Source of the DNA: an uncultured delta proteobacterium
GTDB taxonomy: Bacteria; Desulfobacterota; Binatia; Binatales; Binataceae
Direction: 5' to 3'
Assembly (NCBI GenBank): GCA_963848285.1
Contig: CAWKCZ010000002.1
Location: 129,358-193,357 of the forward strand
Length of the DNA stretch: 64,000 nt
In this document: one piece after another, positions 31,765 through 42,052 of the stretch
How positions within the stretch are numbered: position 1 is the first letter of the stretch
Layout of the letters: the number at the start of each line of letters is the position of its first letter
Notes under the pieces: generated by a model
The model's input: the letters and a program-made list of their open reading frames with translations, nothing else
The model's database searches: none
Told to the model about the DNA's origin: nothing
Made by a program: the position numbers and the translations under genes

Positions 31765-32730
31765 ATGATCTCGGTCGTAATCCCGGTCTACAACGAGGCG
31801 GCAAATCTTCCCGATTTGTGGACTCGGCTCGCGGCGGTCATGAAGCAGGTCGCGCGGCCGTGGGAAGTTGTATTCATCGACGACGGCTCGTCCGACGATT
31901 CACTCAAGATGCTCAAGCAATTTGCCGATGAAATGCCCGGGCATGTGCGCGTGGTCGAACTGTCGCGTAACTTCGGGCAGCATTCCGCGATCCTCGCGGG
32001 CTTCAAGCAGTCCAAGGGCGACATCGTCGTCACCCTCGATGCCGACCTGCAGAATCCTCCCGAGGAGATTCCGCGGCTGATGCATGCGATCGACGAGGGC
32101 AATGATGTCGTCGGCGGATGGCGCGAGGAGCGCCAGGACCAGGCCTTTCGCCGCATCGCGTCGCAGCTATCACAACAAGCTGACCTCGGCGATCGTCGGC
32201 GTTCCGATGCACGATTACGGATGCATGCTGCGCGCATACCGGCGGCACATCGTCGATGCGGTGGTGGCAATGCGACGAGAAGGCGGCATTCGTTCCCGCG
32301 CTCGCGAACTCGTTCGCCAAGCGGGTCGCTGAAATTCCGGTCGGTCACGCCGAGCGCGCCGCCGGCAGCTCCAAGTACAATTTGTTCCGGCTGGCGACTC
32401 TCAGTCTCAATCTGATCACCGGCTTCTCGCCGGTCGCGATCCAGATGCTGACGCTGTTCGGAATCGGCACGTTTCTCCTCGATGCGATGCTGGTGATTTT
32501 CCTCGCGCGGCCACCGGTTGATCTACGGGCCGCAGCAAGAGGGCGCACTGTGGGTGCTGTTCACGGTTCTGTTCGCATTCGTGGGGTTCATTTTTCTCGC
32601 GCTGGGACTGATCGGCGAGTACATCTACCGCATCTACCTTGAAGTACGCCGGCGTCCCACTTACCTGGTGCGCAAGGTGTATGGCGACGACGATGAAAAA
32701 CCGAGGCGGCGGCGCGGACTTAGTGGCCGA
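31765..32730 (+). CDS. arnC: undecaprenyl-phosphate 4-deoxy-4-formamido-L-arabinose transferase-like GT2 glycosyltransferase, frame-disrupted
   Basis: [78 protein letters not shown]. Then come [48 protein letters not shown] and [21 protein letters not shown]. This is nearly colinear with E. coli ArnC motifs. At least 3 frame changes, near 32190, 32285 and 32515; the 3' end is approximate. Confidence 0.75.
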
Positions 32731-33704
32731 TTCGAATTCCATCGAAGCCGCGATCAAGCGCACGCGATGCGTGCTGTTCGCTTACCACGACACCGGCTAT
32801 GCTTTCTTGGAAGCGCTGCTAGCGCTGGGTGCGCCGATCGCCGCGCTGTTCACCCATCGCGACGATCCGCACGAGGAAGATCTGGTGGCGTTCGTGCGCG
32901 GAGCTCGCCGAACGCAATTCGATTCCGGTTTTCACGCCGGAGCGCGTCGATCCCGGAGTCATCGCGCAGGTCGCATCGCTTCAGTCCCGCGATCATCTAT
33001 TCGGTTTACTATCGAGACTTGCTGCCTGACGCGATTTTGAATTCGGCGAGCGATTGGGGCTTTCAACCTGCATGGCTCGTTGCTGCCCGAAATATCGCGG
33101 CCGCGCACCCGTCAACTGGATGATCGTCAACGGCGAGCGCGAGGCCGGTATGACGCTTCATTATATGGTCGCGCGCGCCGACGCCGGCGACATCGTTGCG
33201 CAGCGCTCCTGCACCATCGAAGACAGCGATACCGCGCTGACGCTTTATCGCAAGCTGGTTCCGCTCGGCGCGGAGATGATTCGCGAGTATCATCCGCTGA
33301 TCGTCAGCGGCCGCGCGCCACGAATGAAACAGGATCTTGAGTCGGGGTAGCTACTTCGGACGGCGCCGCCCCGCCGACGGTCGTCATCGACTGGCGCTGG
33401 CCGGCGCGGCGCATCTTCAATCTGGTCCGTGCCGTGACGCATCCGTATCCGGGCGCGTTTTGCTTCGCGGCGGGAAAGAAACTCTTTGTCTGGGAAGCGC
33501 GCATCGCCAATGAAGATGGAGTAATCGGCGCGCCAGGCGAGATCGTCGGCGAACCTGGATGATGCGATCGAAGTAGCGGCAGGGCAGGGGAGCGTCATCG
33601 TCAGCCGCGCGCAATTCGAAGAAGGCGTCGAGGGTAGCGCGGGCGATGTTTTGGGCGACTCTCGCGTCCGCGTGCGCTGCTATAGTCCTGTCATTCCCTT
33701 ATAA
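32693..33704 (+). CDS. arnA: stand-alone ArnA formyltransferase-domain protein (UDP-Ara4N formyltransferase-like), heavily frame-disrupted
   Basis: RCVLFAYHDTGYAFLEALLALGAPIAALFTHRDDP, then IPVFTPERV and PDIIYSVYYRDLLPDAIL. The catalytic region reads [80 protein letters not shown] follows. The order and wording match the N-terminal domain of E. coli ArnA. At least 5 frame changes; both the start and the stop are approximate. Confidence 0.7.
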
Positions 33705-33767
33705 TGTAGCGGCTGCAAAACGTTTGCGCGCAGCCGAAAGTGGGCGCGGTTCTCAAGTGGAGGGTAG

Positions 33768-34733
33768 ATGAAGGTTCTCATAACCGGCGGAGCGGGGTTT
33801 CTCGGCTCCCACGTTTCCGACGCATTCATCGCGCGCGGCGACGAAGTATTCGTGCTCGACACCGGGGCTATTGGCAAGGTTCGCCATCTGCTCAACAATC
33901 CGCGCTTCCATTACATCCATGACTCGATTTTCAATATCGAATTGGTCGACGGCCTCGTCGCCAAGGTCGATCTCGTCTACCATCTCGCCGCGGTGGTCGG
34001 CGTCGAACATTATGTAGGCGATCCCTACGAGACGTTGAACGTCAACGTGAACGGCACCCAGAACATCCTCAAGGCCGCCTACAAGTACAACAAGAAGGTG
34101 GTGTTCAGTTCGACCTCCGAGGTTTATGGACGCAATCCCAAGGTGCCGTGGCGCGAGGACGACGATCGCGTGCTCGGCGCCACCACCATCGATCGGTGGT
34201 GCTACTCGACCTCGAAGGCGGTCGGCGAGCATTTCTGCTTCGCGTACCACAAGCTCGGGCTGCCGGTCACCGTGGTGCGATTTTTCAACGTCTATGGTCC
34301 GCGCCTCGATAAGGTCGACGTCGGACGGCTGTTCACCATCTTCATGGGGCAACTGCTGCGCGGCGTCGATCTCACCGTCATCGGCGACGGCGCCCAGACC
34401 CGATGCTTCACTTACGTCACCGATGCGGTCGCAGCCATCGTTGCGGCCGGAATGAAGCCGGAAGCGGACGGGCAAGCGATCAACATCGGCATCGAAGTGG
34501 AAACCACGGTGCTCGAATTCGCCAAGCTGATGATCGAACTGTACGGGCCGACCAAATCGAAAATCAAATTCGTCAGCCAGGAAGAGGTCTACGGCAACAG
34601 CTACGAGGACATTCCGCGCCGCGTGCCTGATACCACCAAGATGCGGACGCTGCTCGGCGTGACGCCGAAAGTCTCGCTGCGCGACGGCACTGCGCTGTCG
34701 ATGGAGTGGTTTCGCCAGGAGCAGAATCGCTGA
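33768..34733 (+). CDS. arnA: stand-alone ArnA decarboxylase-domain-like NAD-dependent epimerase/dehydratase (UDP-glucuronate decarboxylating)
   Basis: 321-aa intact ORF with MKVLITGGAGFLGSHV and FSSTSEVYG. It also has RWCYSTSKAVGE (YxxxK), FFNVYGPRLD, IGDGAQTRCFTYVTD and YGNSYEDIPRRVPDTTK..LGVTPK. This resembles the ArnA C-terminal domain and UXS enzymes. Confidence 0.75.
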   Translation: MKVLITGGAGFLGSHVSDAFIARGDEVFVLDTGAIGKVRHLLNNPRFHYIHDSIFNIELVDGLVAKVDLVYHLAAVVGVEHYVGDPYETLNVNVNGTQNILKAAYKYNKKVVFSSTSEVYGRNPKVPWREDDDRVLGATTIDRWCYSTSKAVGEHFCFAYHKLGLPVTVVRFFNVYGPRLDKVDVGRLFTIFMGQLLRGVDLTVIGDGAQTRCFTYVTDAVAAIVAAGMKPEADGQAINIGIEVETTVLEFAKLMIELYGPTKSKIKFVSQEEVYGNSYEDIPRRVPDTTKMRTLLGVTPKVSLRDGTALSMEWFRQEQNR

Positions 34734-34740
34734 CGCCGCA

Positions 34741-35660
34741 TTGCGTTTGAAAGATAGCCCTCAAAATCGACGTCGATACGCACCAGGGACTTGGCCTTGG
34801 AGTGCCGCGCCTCGCCGCGATGCTCAGCGCGAAGGCATCGCCGCGTCGTTCTACATCACGATGGGTCCGGACAATTCGGGCCGCGCGCTCATTCGCGTTT
34901 TTCGCAATCGCGGCTTCCTGTCCAAGATGTTTCGCACCAAGGCGGTCTCGATGTATGGCCTGCGTACCGTGCTGTCGGGCACGCTGCTGCCGGCGCGTCC
35001 GATCGCGCTCGCGTTTCCGGAAGTGATGCGCGACCTCAAAGCGCGCGGGCTTCGAAGTCGGCGTGCACGGCTACGATCACGTGCGATGGCAGGATCAGCT
35101 GGATACCATCGGCGACGATGGCATTCGCAACGAGCTCGCCGACGCGTTCGAAGCGTATCGCGCGATCCTCGGTCGATCCTGCGCGCAGCTTCGCGGCGCC
35201 GGGATGGCGCACCAACGATTCGGCACTCGCTCGCGCTCGATGAGGCCAACCTCGCATATCGCAGCGACACGCGCGGGACAGCGTTCCCTATCGATGTCAT
35301 CGTCGACGGTCGCATCCTGAAGACCGTCGAAATCCCGACCACGCTGCCGACCCTCGACGAAGTGATGGGGCGCGATGAAATTCCCGACGCCTCCGCGGCT
35401 CATCGTTTCTACCTCGAGCAGTTCAAGGAAGACGCGCTCAACGTGCACACCGTCCATGCCGAAACGGAAGGGATGGGTCAGCTCGAGATGTTCACCGAGC
35501 TGTTGCGCGCGTTGAAGGAACGCGGCGCGCAGTTCGTACGCCTCGAGGAAGTCGCATCGAGTCTCGATGCCGCGCAACTCCCGGTCTGTCCGGTGATCCG
35601 CTCGACGTTGCCCGGCCGCGCCGGCTGGATTTCCGCGCAGGGCCGCCGTCAACCACCTAA
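34741..35660 (+). CDS. arnD: 4-deoxy-4-formamido-L-arabinose-phosphoundecaprenol deformylase-like polysaccharide deacetylase, frame-disrupted
   Basis: IALKIDVDTHQGLGLGVPRLAAMLSAKG (alternative frame), then IAASFYITMGPDNSGRALIRVF..FLSKMFRTKAVSMYG. GFEVGVHGYDHVRWQ lies in the 35063 frame. The final part reads LAYRSDTRG..IPTTLPTLDEV.GRD..VHTVHAETEGM..FVRLEEV..GRAGWISAQG. This is colinear with E. coli ArnD (IFFSVGPDNMGRHL.., GLHAWDHH, IPVTLPTWDEVIGRD, IHAEVEG, GREGWLGCQ). At least 3 frame changes; the stop is uncertain (35658-35709). Confidence 0.7.
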
Positions 35661-36824
35661 ACCGAAAACTCCGCCGGCTGTCCGAGGAGGACCGCGCCGG
35701 CGCGCGTGATCCATCCTTCGCCAGCGGCGGCATGCTGGGTGACCGTATGGGTGTCGCGCAGGCATCTTTGCAGGGGCGATGAATCGTAGGGCGCGCTGCC
35801 GCCACCGGCGGTGTAGCAGGTATCGACGATCGATGCGGCGGTGTGCACAACCCATGCAACGGTTCCGATCGCTCTGACCTGGTCGTTCGGAAGCAGCGGG
35901 TTTCCAGCTACCGCGTTGCTCCAGATCCTGTTCGTCTCCTCCATCAGCAGAGCGCGTGCGGCGCGCAACTTGGAGTCAGCATCGCCGACGCGATACTGAA
36001 AGAGCGGCGTGTCAGCCATCGAGGCCGCCATGTAAAGACGCTTCTTGCTGGTTGCAGCGAGCGCGACGATTTCGCGCAAAGCGCGCTTTGCGATGCCGAT
36101 TCCAACTGCCGCTATATGCAAAGCAAAGTACGCGAGGTGCGCGGAGTAGAGCGGTCCCGGAATCGAGGATTGGCCTAGAAAGATGTCGAGGCTGTCGTCC
36201 TTTGGCACGCGAAGATTCGTCTACCTCGATGTCATGGCTGCCGGTGCCGCGCAATCCGTTCACTTTCCACGTATCGAGAATCCTTACGTCGCGCGGCGCG
36301 AACAGCATCGCACGTCCTTCGGGGCTGCCCGGAAAGATCCCCGGTCGCGGCTTGCCACTCTCGGTTACCATGCAATTGCCGATGAGCCAATCCGCATGTT
36401 GGCATCCGCTGGCGAAGGCCCAGCGCCCATTGACCAGGTACTCGTCGCCCCTAAAATCTGCCGTGCCGCGCGGTGCGAAGCCTCCGCCCGCGATTACGTC
36501 AGGGCTTTTGGCATATATCTGGTCGAATCGAGGACGCGGCAGCAGCGCGAAGAGTTGCGGCGTCTCGCAGCCGATCATCACCGTCCATCCAGAGGCGCCA
36601 TCCGCCTCGGCGATAGTCTCGACGATCTCCATCGTCGTAGGAAAATCGATTTCCATGCCGCCGTGGCTTTTCGGGGTAAGCATCCGAAAGATGCCCATCG
36701 AAACGAGTTCGCTGAGCAGATCGGCGGGCAAGCGGCGCGCGGTTTCGATTTCCGCGGAACGTGCGCTGATTTTTGGCGCGAACTCGCGCACCGCGTTGAG
36801 AAGGGTTTCAGCCTGATTCGCCAT
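35657..36824 (-). CDS. acyl-CoA dehydrogenase-fold flavoprotein (HsaA/DszC-type monooxygenase-like), one frame break near 36200
   Basis: MANQAETLLNAVREFAPKISARSAEIETARRLPADLLSELVSMGIFRMLTPKSHGGME..GASGWTV..VNGRWAFASGCQHADW..WKVNGLRGTGSHDIEVD (ORF 36012..36824). It continues as DIFLGQSSIPGPLY..IGIAKRAL..PLFQYRVGD..CLRDTHTVTQH in ORF 35657..36208. Confidence 0.7.
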
Positions 36825-36926
36825 CGACGCCTCCGGGAGTCGTTGTCATAGCACTTCAATTGGCGGGTGACGATTGCGCCCGTGATGTGGTATTCGTGGC
36901 GCAAATACCGCGAGGAGATCACCGCG

Positions 36927-38120
36927 ATGCCGCAGCCGCAGTTTTTTGCCGATAGCCCCAAAGACGTCGGACTCGATCCTGCCAAGGTGCAGGCGCTCCT
37001 TGATCGCGCCGAGCGCGAAGTAAAGGAGGGCCTGCTGCCGTCGACGCAAATCGCCATCGCGCGCAATGGAAAAATCGCCGCGATGCGCACCGTCGGCAGC
37101 GCGGTCCAGGGCGGCGTCAACAAGCCTGCCACCGACGACACCTTCTACGTCATATTCTCATGCACCAAGGCAATCATCTCATCGGCGATCTGGATGCTGA
37201 TGGGCGAAGGGAAGCTGAAAGTCAGCGAGAAGGTCGCGGACATCGTTCCCGAGTTCGGCACCAACGGCAAAGAAGCGATGACCGTCGAGCAGTGCATGCT
37301 ACACATTGGCGGATTTCCCAACGCGCCATATCCGCAGCAAGACTGGGGCGATCGTAATAAGCGGCTCGAGCGGTTCAAGACCTGGCGCCTCGAATGGCCC
37401 ATCGGAAAACAGTTCGTCTACCATGCGACCTCAGCGTTTTGGGTGCTCGCGGAAATCCTCGAACGCCGCAGCGGCAAGGAGTTTCGCCAGTTCGTGCGGG
37501 AGCGGATTGCTGAGCCGCTAGGCATCCCAGATCTTCGCGTCGGATGCCCGCTCAATCTGCAAAATCGCGTCGCCGATGTCATCCACGTCAGCCAGGCGCT
37601 CACCAACGAGGAGCGCAAAAAGCTCGGCATTCCTGAAATGCCCGAAACTGAGGTAACCGAGGACGCCATCAACGGGTTCAACGTTCCCTCCGTGCGCGAG
37701 GCCGGCGTGCCCGGCGGCGGTGGAGTGACGACGGCCGGCGACCTCGCGCTGTATTACCAGGGGCTGTTGCACAATCGCAGCGTCGATGGAAAGCAGCTCT
37801 GGAATCCCGAGACGCTGGCCGATGCGACCCGTCCGCGCTCGGGTGACTACAAGGACCCGATCTTCGGCGTGACCGTCAATCGTGGACTGGGAGTCGTGGT
37901 CGCGGGTGGCGACGGCAAGGCGAACTATCGCGGCTTCGGCAAGACCAATACTCCCACCGCATTCGGGCATGGCGGCGCGGGCGGCCAAATCGGATGGGCC
38001 GATCCGGGCACCGGCATCTCGCTCGGATACTGCACCAACGGCTTCGATCGCAACGACCTGCGCCAAGGCCGTCGTGGGGTGGCGCTATCGAGCCTCGCCG
38101 CTGACTGTCTTGCGAAATAG
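36927..38120 (+). CDS. serine hydrolase of the beta-lactamase/esterase (class C-like) family
   Basis: ORF 36867..38120; probable start MPQPQFFADSP at 36927. It carries the SxxK motif in FYVIFSCTKAIISSAIWML, plus YHATSAFWVLAEI and FGHGGAGGQIGWADP. Frame intact. Confidence 0.8.
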   Translation: MPQPQFFADSPKDVGLDPAKVQALLDRAEREVKEGLLPSTQIAIARNGKIAAMRTVGSAVQGGVNKPATDDTFYVIFSCTKAIISSAIWMLMGEGKLKVSEKVADIVPEFGTNGKEAMTVEQCMLHIGGFPNAPYPQQDWGDRNKRLERFKTWRLEWPIGKQFVYHATSAFWVLAEILERRSGKEFRQFVRERIAEPLGIPDLRVGCPLNLQNRVADVIHVSQALTNEERKKLGIPEMPETEVTEDAINGFNVPSVREAGVPGGGGVTTAGDLALYYQGLLHNRSVDGKQLWNPETLADATRPRSGDYKDPIFGVTVNRGLGVVVAGGDGKANYRGFGKTNTPTAFGHGGAGGQIGWADPGTGISLGYCTNGFDRNDLRQGRRGVALSSLAADCLAK

Positions 38121-38265
38121 GAGCGCCCAGAAGGACAACCAGCATTCGACGTGGCGCGCGGTCGCCCGACTATCGGCGACATGTGCTTTTGTTGCGATTT
38201 GTTGCGCGAATGCCCTCGCGACGCCGTCGAGGAGATTCGACGGCGTCGCGGTTGCGATAATCCGC

Positions 38266-38733
38266 TCAGCTCACGCCCGGTTCGATCAATTCGAGAATCG
38301 TGCCGTCCGGATCATAGAAACACGCAAATAGCGCGGGACCCGCGGCCGTGCGGATCACCACCGGCTCCGAAATGAACTCGACGCCTTCCTTTTTCAAACG
38401 CTCGTACTCGTCGCGGAGTCCCTTGGTGAAGAGCGCGATTCGTGCGATGCCCAGATGATTGAGCCGCAAGTAGGGTTTGGCTTCGTCACGCGGCTTGCTC
38501 CACTCGATCAGGTCCAGCCGCGTCGCGCGAGGATCGTCATTGAGCGTCATGATAGCCGCTCGTGCGACCGATTCGGAAAATCCCAAACCTCGGCTGGCAT
38601 CGGAACCGCCGCCCTTCGCATCTGCCACTGCCGGGATATCCACCGAGACCTTGAAACCTAACATTTTGTAGAATGCCAGCGACCGCTCGAAGTTGGAGCA
38701 ATTCACATTCACATGAAACAGCGACTTGATCAT
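38266..38733 (-). CDS. VOC-family (glyoxalase/bleomycin-resistance/dioxygenase fold) protein
   Basis: ORF 38266..38820; probable start MIKSLFHVNVNCSNFERSLAFYKMLGF at 38733. It contains LNHLGIARIALFT and FYDPDGTILELIE. Frame intact. Confidence 0.8.
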   Translation of the reverse strand: MIKSLFHVNVNCSNFERSLAFYKMLGFKVSVDIPAVADAKGGGSDASRGLGFSESVARAAIMTLNDDPRATRLDLIEWSKPRDEAKPYLRLNHLGIARIALFTKGLRDEYERLKKEGVEFISEPVVIRTAAGPALFACFYDPDGTILELIEPGVS

Positions 38734-38831
38734 GATGATGACCTCCAAGCATGCTGAGCCTCGCGCATCCGGCGCCGCGCGATCAAGCGTCGCGTGGTCG
38801 CAAATTTTTGCGCGCGTCATATAATCCGCCC

Positions 38832-39926
38832 ATGGCAGAAGCGATTGACCTCACGGTCGAATACGGCGACGTTCGCGACGAAGAACAACTCGATTGGCCG
38901 AAGCTGGTGGGGTTCCTGCGCGAGCATCAACTTCCGGGCGCCGAGGGTCCCCTCGAAGTCAAACAGTTTCGCGGCGGCTCCTCGAACCTGACCTACCTGC
39001 TTCGCTTCGGAGATCGCGAATGGGTGGTGCGACGCCCGCCGTTCGGTCCACTGCCGGTGGGCGGCCACGATATGGCGCGCGAGTTCCGGGTGCTGTCCCG
39101 TATCTGGCAGGCGTTCAAGCCGGCGCCGCGCGCGATGCTTTTCTCCGACGACGTCTCGATCATCGGCGCGCCGTTTTTCGTAATGGAGCGCCGCGATGGG
39201 ATCGTGTTCAAGAATCGCCAACCGGTGCCCGCAGAGCTCGGCGATGATCCCGCGACCTTCAAGGCCATCTCCGAGGGTTTCATCGATACGCTCGCCGACT
39301 TGCACGCGGTGGATTATGCAAAGGTCGACCTCGCAGGCTTGGGCAAGCCGCAAGGATTCGTGAAGCGTCAGATCACAGGATGGATGCAGCGCTGGGAGAA
39401 GGCCAAGACCGAGGAAGTTCCACTGATGGACAAGCTCGGCGCATGGTATCTTGAAAACGCGCCGGCGGAGCAGGCGCCGACCATCCTGCATAATGATTTC
39501 TATCTGCATAACATCATGCTCGATCGGAAAAATCCCGGCCAGATCAACGGCGTGTTTGACTGGGAGATGTCGACCATCGGCGATCCGATGATCGATCTCG
39601 GCATCGCGCTGGGATACTGGCGCGAGCGCACCGATATCGAGATCCTCGCGCTCGCGGAAATCGAACCGCATACCTTCAAGAACGGATTTCTCTCTCGCGT
39701 CGAGATGGTGCAACGCTACGCCGAGCGGACCGGACGCGAGGTGAGCAGCTTTCCGTTCTATCTTTCGTGGGCGCTTTGGAAGAACGCAGCCGTGGTCCAG
39801 CAGATCTATGTGCGCTATGTGCGCGGGCAGACCACCGATCCGCGCTTTGCGACTTTCGCGCCGCATCCGCCGGCACTTGCGAGAGCCGCCGCGCGTTACG
39901 CCTCGCAACTCGGCTTTCGCGGTTAG
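38832..39926 (+). CDS. phosphotransferase-family protein (APH / acyl-CoA-dehydrogenase-associated kinase-like)
   Basis: ORF 38751..39926; probable start MAEAIDLTVEYGD at 38832. It contains QFRGGSSNLTYLLRFGDREWVVRRPP, FFVMERRDG and ILHNDFYLHNIML (HxDxxxxN catalytic loop). It also has VFDWEMSTIGDPMIDLG (DxD-type). Frame intact. Confidence 0.8.
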   Translation: MAEAIDLTVEYGDVRDEEQLDWPKLVGFLREHQLPGAEGPLEVKQFRGGSSNLTYLLRFGDREWVVRRPPFGPLPVGGHDMAREFRVLSRIWQAFKPAPRAMLFSDDVSIIGAPFFVMERRDGIVFKNRQPVPAELGDDPATFKAISEGFIDTLADLHAVDYAKVDLAGLGKPQGFVKRQITGWMQRWEKAKTEEVPLMDKLGAWYLENAPAEQAPTILHNDFYLHNIMLDRKNPGQINGVFDWEMSTIGDPMIDLGIALGYWRERTDIEILALAEIEPHTFKNGFLSRVEMVQRYAERTGREVSSFPFYLSWALWKNAAVVQQIYVRYVRGQTTDPRFATFAPHPPALARAAARYASQLGFRG

Positions 39927-41097
39927 ATGAAAGACGAGACCATCGCGGTCGTCGCCGGACGCGATCCGAAAGCGCACTACGGCGCGGTCAACACGCCCGT
40001 CTATCGCACCTCTACCATCCTCTTTGAGACGCTCGACGAGTTCGAGGCCGGAATTCACGATCCGGCGAAGGGAAAGTTTCGCTACGGGCGCATCGGTACG
40101 CCCACCTCGGCCTCGCTCGAAGACGCGGTCGCGCGGCTCGAGGGCGGCGCGCATTGCCGTCTGGCACCGTCGGGACTCGCGGCGGTGAGCACTGCACTGC
40201 TGGCATATCTGTCGGCTGGCGATCATCTGTTGATGACCGCGGGCGGATACCATCCGACGCACAATTTCTGCAATTTGATTTTGAAACGATTCGGTATCGA
40301 AACGACTTACTACGATCCGCTGATCGGCGCTGAAATCGAAAAGCTGATCCGATCAAATACCAAAGTCGTGTTCGTCGAGTCGCCCAGCACCGGCCTCTTC
40401 GAGGTGCAGGATATTCCCGCGATCGCACAAGCCGCACATGCGCAGGGCGCGGTGGTCATCATGGACAACACGTGGGCGTCGCCATTGTACTTCAAGCCGT
40501 TTGCGCACGGCGTTGATGTTTCAATCCAGGCCGCCACCAAATACATCGTCGGGCATTCGGATGCGATGCTCGGGACTATCACCACGAACGAGCAGATGTG
40601 GCCGCGCTTGCAGGAGACTCATCGATGGCTCGGGCAGACGGCCGGGCCAGATGACACTTACCTGGGACTGCGAGGTCTACGAACGCTCGCCGCACGGTTA
40701 CCGATTCATCATAAAAACGGCCTGGCGTTAGCGAACTTTCTCGCAACCAAAGCGGCAGTCGAGCACATCTATCACCCGGCGCTGGAAAACGATCCGGGCC
40801 ACTGCATTGTGGAAACGCGACTTCCTTGGGGCGTCCGGATTGTTTTCGTTTCGCCTGAAATCATGGGTCACGCGCGAGGCACTTGCCGCGCTGCTCGAAT
40901 CGCTCAAGTTTTTCGGCATGGGCTTTTCATGGGGCGGTTACGAAAGTCTCGTGTCACCGTTTCGACTGAAAAACTACCGCAATGTTTCCGATGACGACGA
41001 TCGCTGGATCGTCAGGATCCACGCCGGGCTCGAGAATCCCGACGACCTGATGGAGGACCTCGAAGCGGGATTCGCCAAGCTCGCTTCCTTCAAATAA
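39927..41097 (+). CDS. metC: cystathionine beta-lyase-type Cys/Met-metabolism PLP enzyme, one frame break near 40800
   Basis: MKDETIAVVAGRDPKAHYGAVNTPVYRTSTILF..YGRIGTPTSASLEDAVARLEGG.., then DNTWASPLYFKPFAHGVDVSIQAATKYIVGHSD (PLP lysine). It continues in ORF 40807..41097 as WKRDFLGASGLFSFRL..FGMGFSWGGYESL..RIHAGLE. The ATG directly follows the TAG of the upstream gene. Confidence 0.7.
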
Positions 41098-41121
41098 GGC
41101 TTCTGGCGTTTCAAAACGGCT

Positions 41122-41141
41122 CGGCATTATAATGCATGCCG
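41122..41141. promoter_or_regulatory. candidate BoxR/BzdR-type operator 1: overlapping palindromes CGGCAT-TATAATGC-ATGCCG and GCATTATAATGC
   Basis: GCATTATAATGC (41124-41135) is a perfect 12-bp palindrome containing TATAAT. The 14-mer GCATTATAATGCAT recurs with one mismatch at 42044-42057. It overlaps the annotated ATG (41132) of the regulator gene. Confidence 0.45.
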
Positions 41142-42052
41142 TGTCCAAATCCGCCTCTTCTATTGTCTCCATTACTTCGCCGCGCGCCAAAGGCGATGAA
41201 GCCGGGTACCTGAAGCTGCTCGGGGAGCGAGTCCGCAATGCTCGCGCGCGTCACGGCATGTCACGTCGGATGCTCGCGCATGACTCAGGCATCTCCGAGC
41301 GCTACCTCGCCGAACTCGAAAGCGGGCGCGGAAACTTCTCGATCGTGCTGATGCGCCGCCTTGCCAGGGCCATCGACGTACCGATCGCGGAGTTGGTCAC
41401 CGACGAGGAGCCGCGCCCGGTCGAATACAGACTACTGGTGGAGCGGATTGGAAGGCTGGGCGGAACAGAACTTTCGGAGGCGTCAAAAATCCTCGCGGCA
41501 CGCTTCGGCGATCCGGCGGGCCGCGCCGAGCGAATCGCGTTGATCGGCTTGCGCGGCGCGGGAAAGACCACGCTGGGCACGATGCTGGCGCAGCGTCTCG
41601 GTTGGGACTTCGTCGAGATGAGCCGCGAAATAGAACGCGAGGCGGCGGTCAGCGTCGAGGAGATTTTCGATTTGTGGGGGCAGGCGGCGTATCGTCGTTA
41701 CGAGCGCCGCGCTTTGGAACGAATCATCCGCGAAAAAAGCCGCGTGGTGCTCGCGACCGGCGGTGGACTCGTCTCGGAGCCCGCGACCTTCGAGCGCTTG
41801 CTCGATTCCTTCTATACGATTTGGTTGCAGGCCTCGCCCGAGGAACATTGGGATCGCGTGATAGGGCAAGGCGACCAGCGCGTCGAGGGCAGCGGCGACA
41901 GCGAGGCGCTGGTCGATATGCGCCGGATCCTCGCCCAGCGCGATCCGTTGTACGGTAAAGCTGACGCACATCTGGATACGAGCGGCAAAACCGCGCCGCA
42001 ATCATTAAAGGCTCTGCTCGCGGTTGCGCGTCGACGGCGCGCTGCATTATAG
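41132..42052 (+). CDS. boxR: BoxR/BzdR-type transcriptional regulator (XRE HTH fused to a shikimate-kinase-like domain)
   Basis: 306-aa intact ORF. The HTH reads LGERVRNARARHGMSRRMLAHDSGISERYLAELESGRGNFSIVLMRRLARAIDVPIAELV. The kinase-like domain reads IALIGLRGAGKTTLGTMLAQRLGWDFVEMSREIE..LATGGGLV. This fusion architecture, placed next to box genes, is diagnostic of the family. The true start may be GTG 41141. Confidence 0.75.
   Translation: MHAVSKSASSIVSITSPRAKGDEAGYLKLLGERVRNARARHGMSRRMLAHDSGISERYLAELESGRGNFSIVLMRRLARAIDVPIAELVTDEEPRPVEYRLLVERIGRLGGTELSEASKILAARFGDPAGRAERIALIGLRGAGKTTLGTMLAQRLGWDFVEMSREIEREAAVSVEEIFDLWGQAAYRRYERRALERIIREKSRVVLATGGGLVSEPATFERLLDSFYTIWLQASPEEHWDRVIGQGDQRVEGSGDSEALVDMRRILAQRDPLYGKADAHLDTSGKTAPQSLKALLAVARRRRAAL

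Noticed and set aside
38817-40262. 481-aa ORF on the minus strand
   Set aside because: It is antisense to the phosphotransferase and metC genes, which have clear catalytic motifs. It is Arg-rich with no family resemblance.
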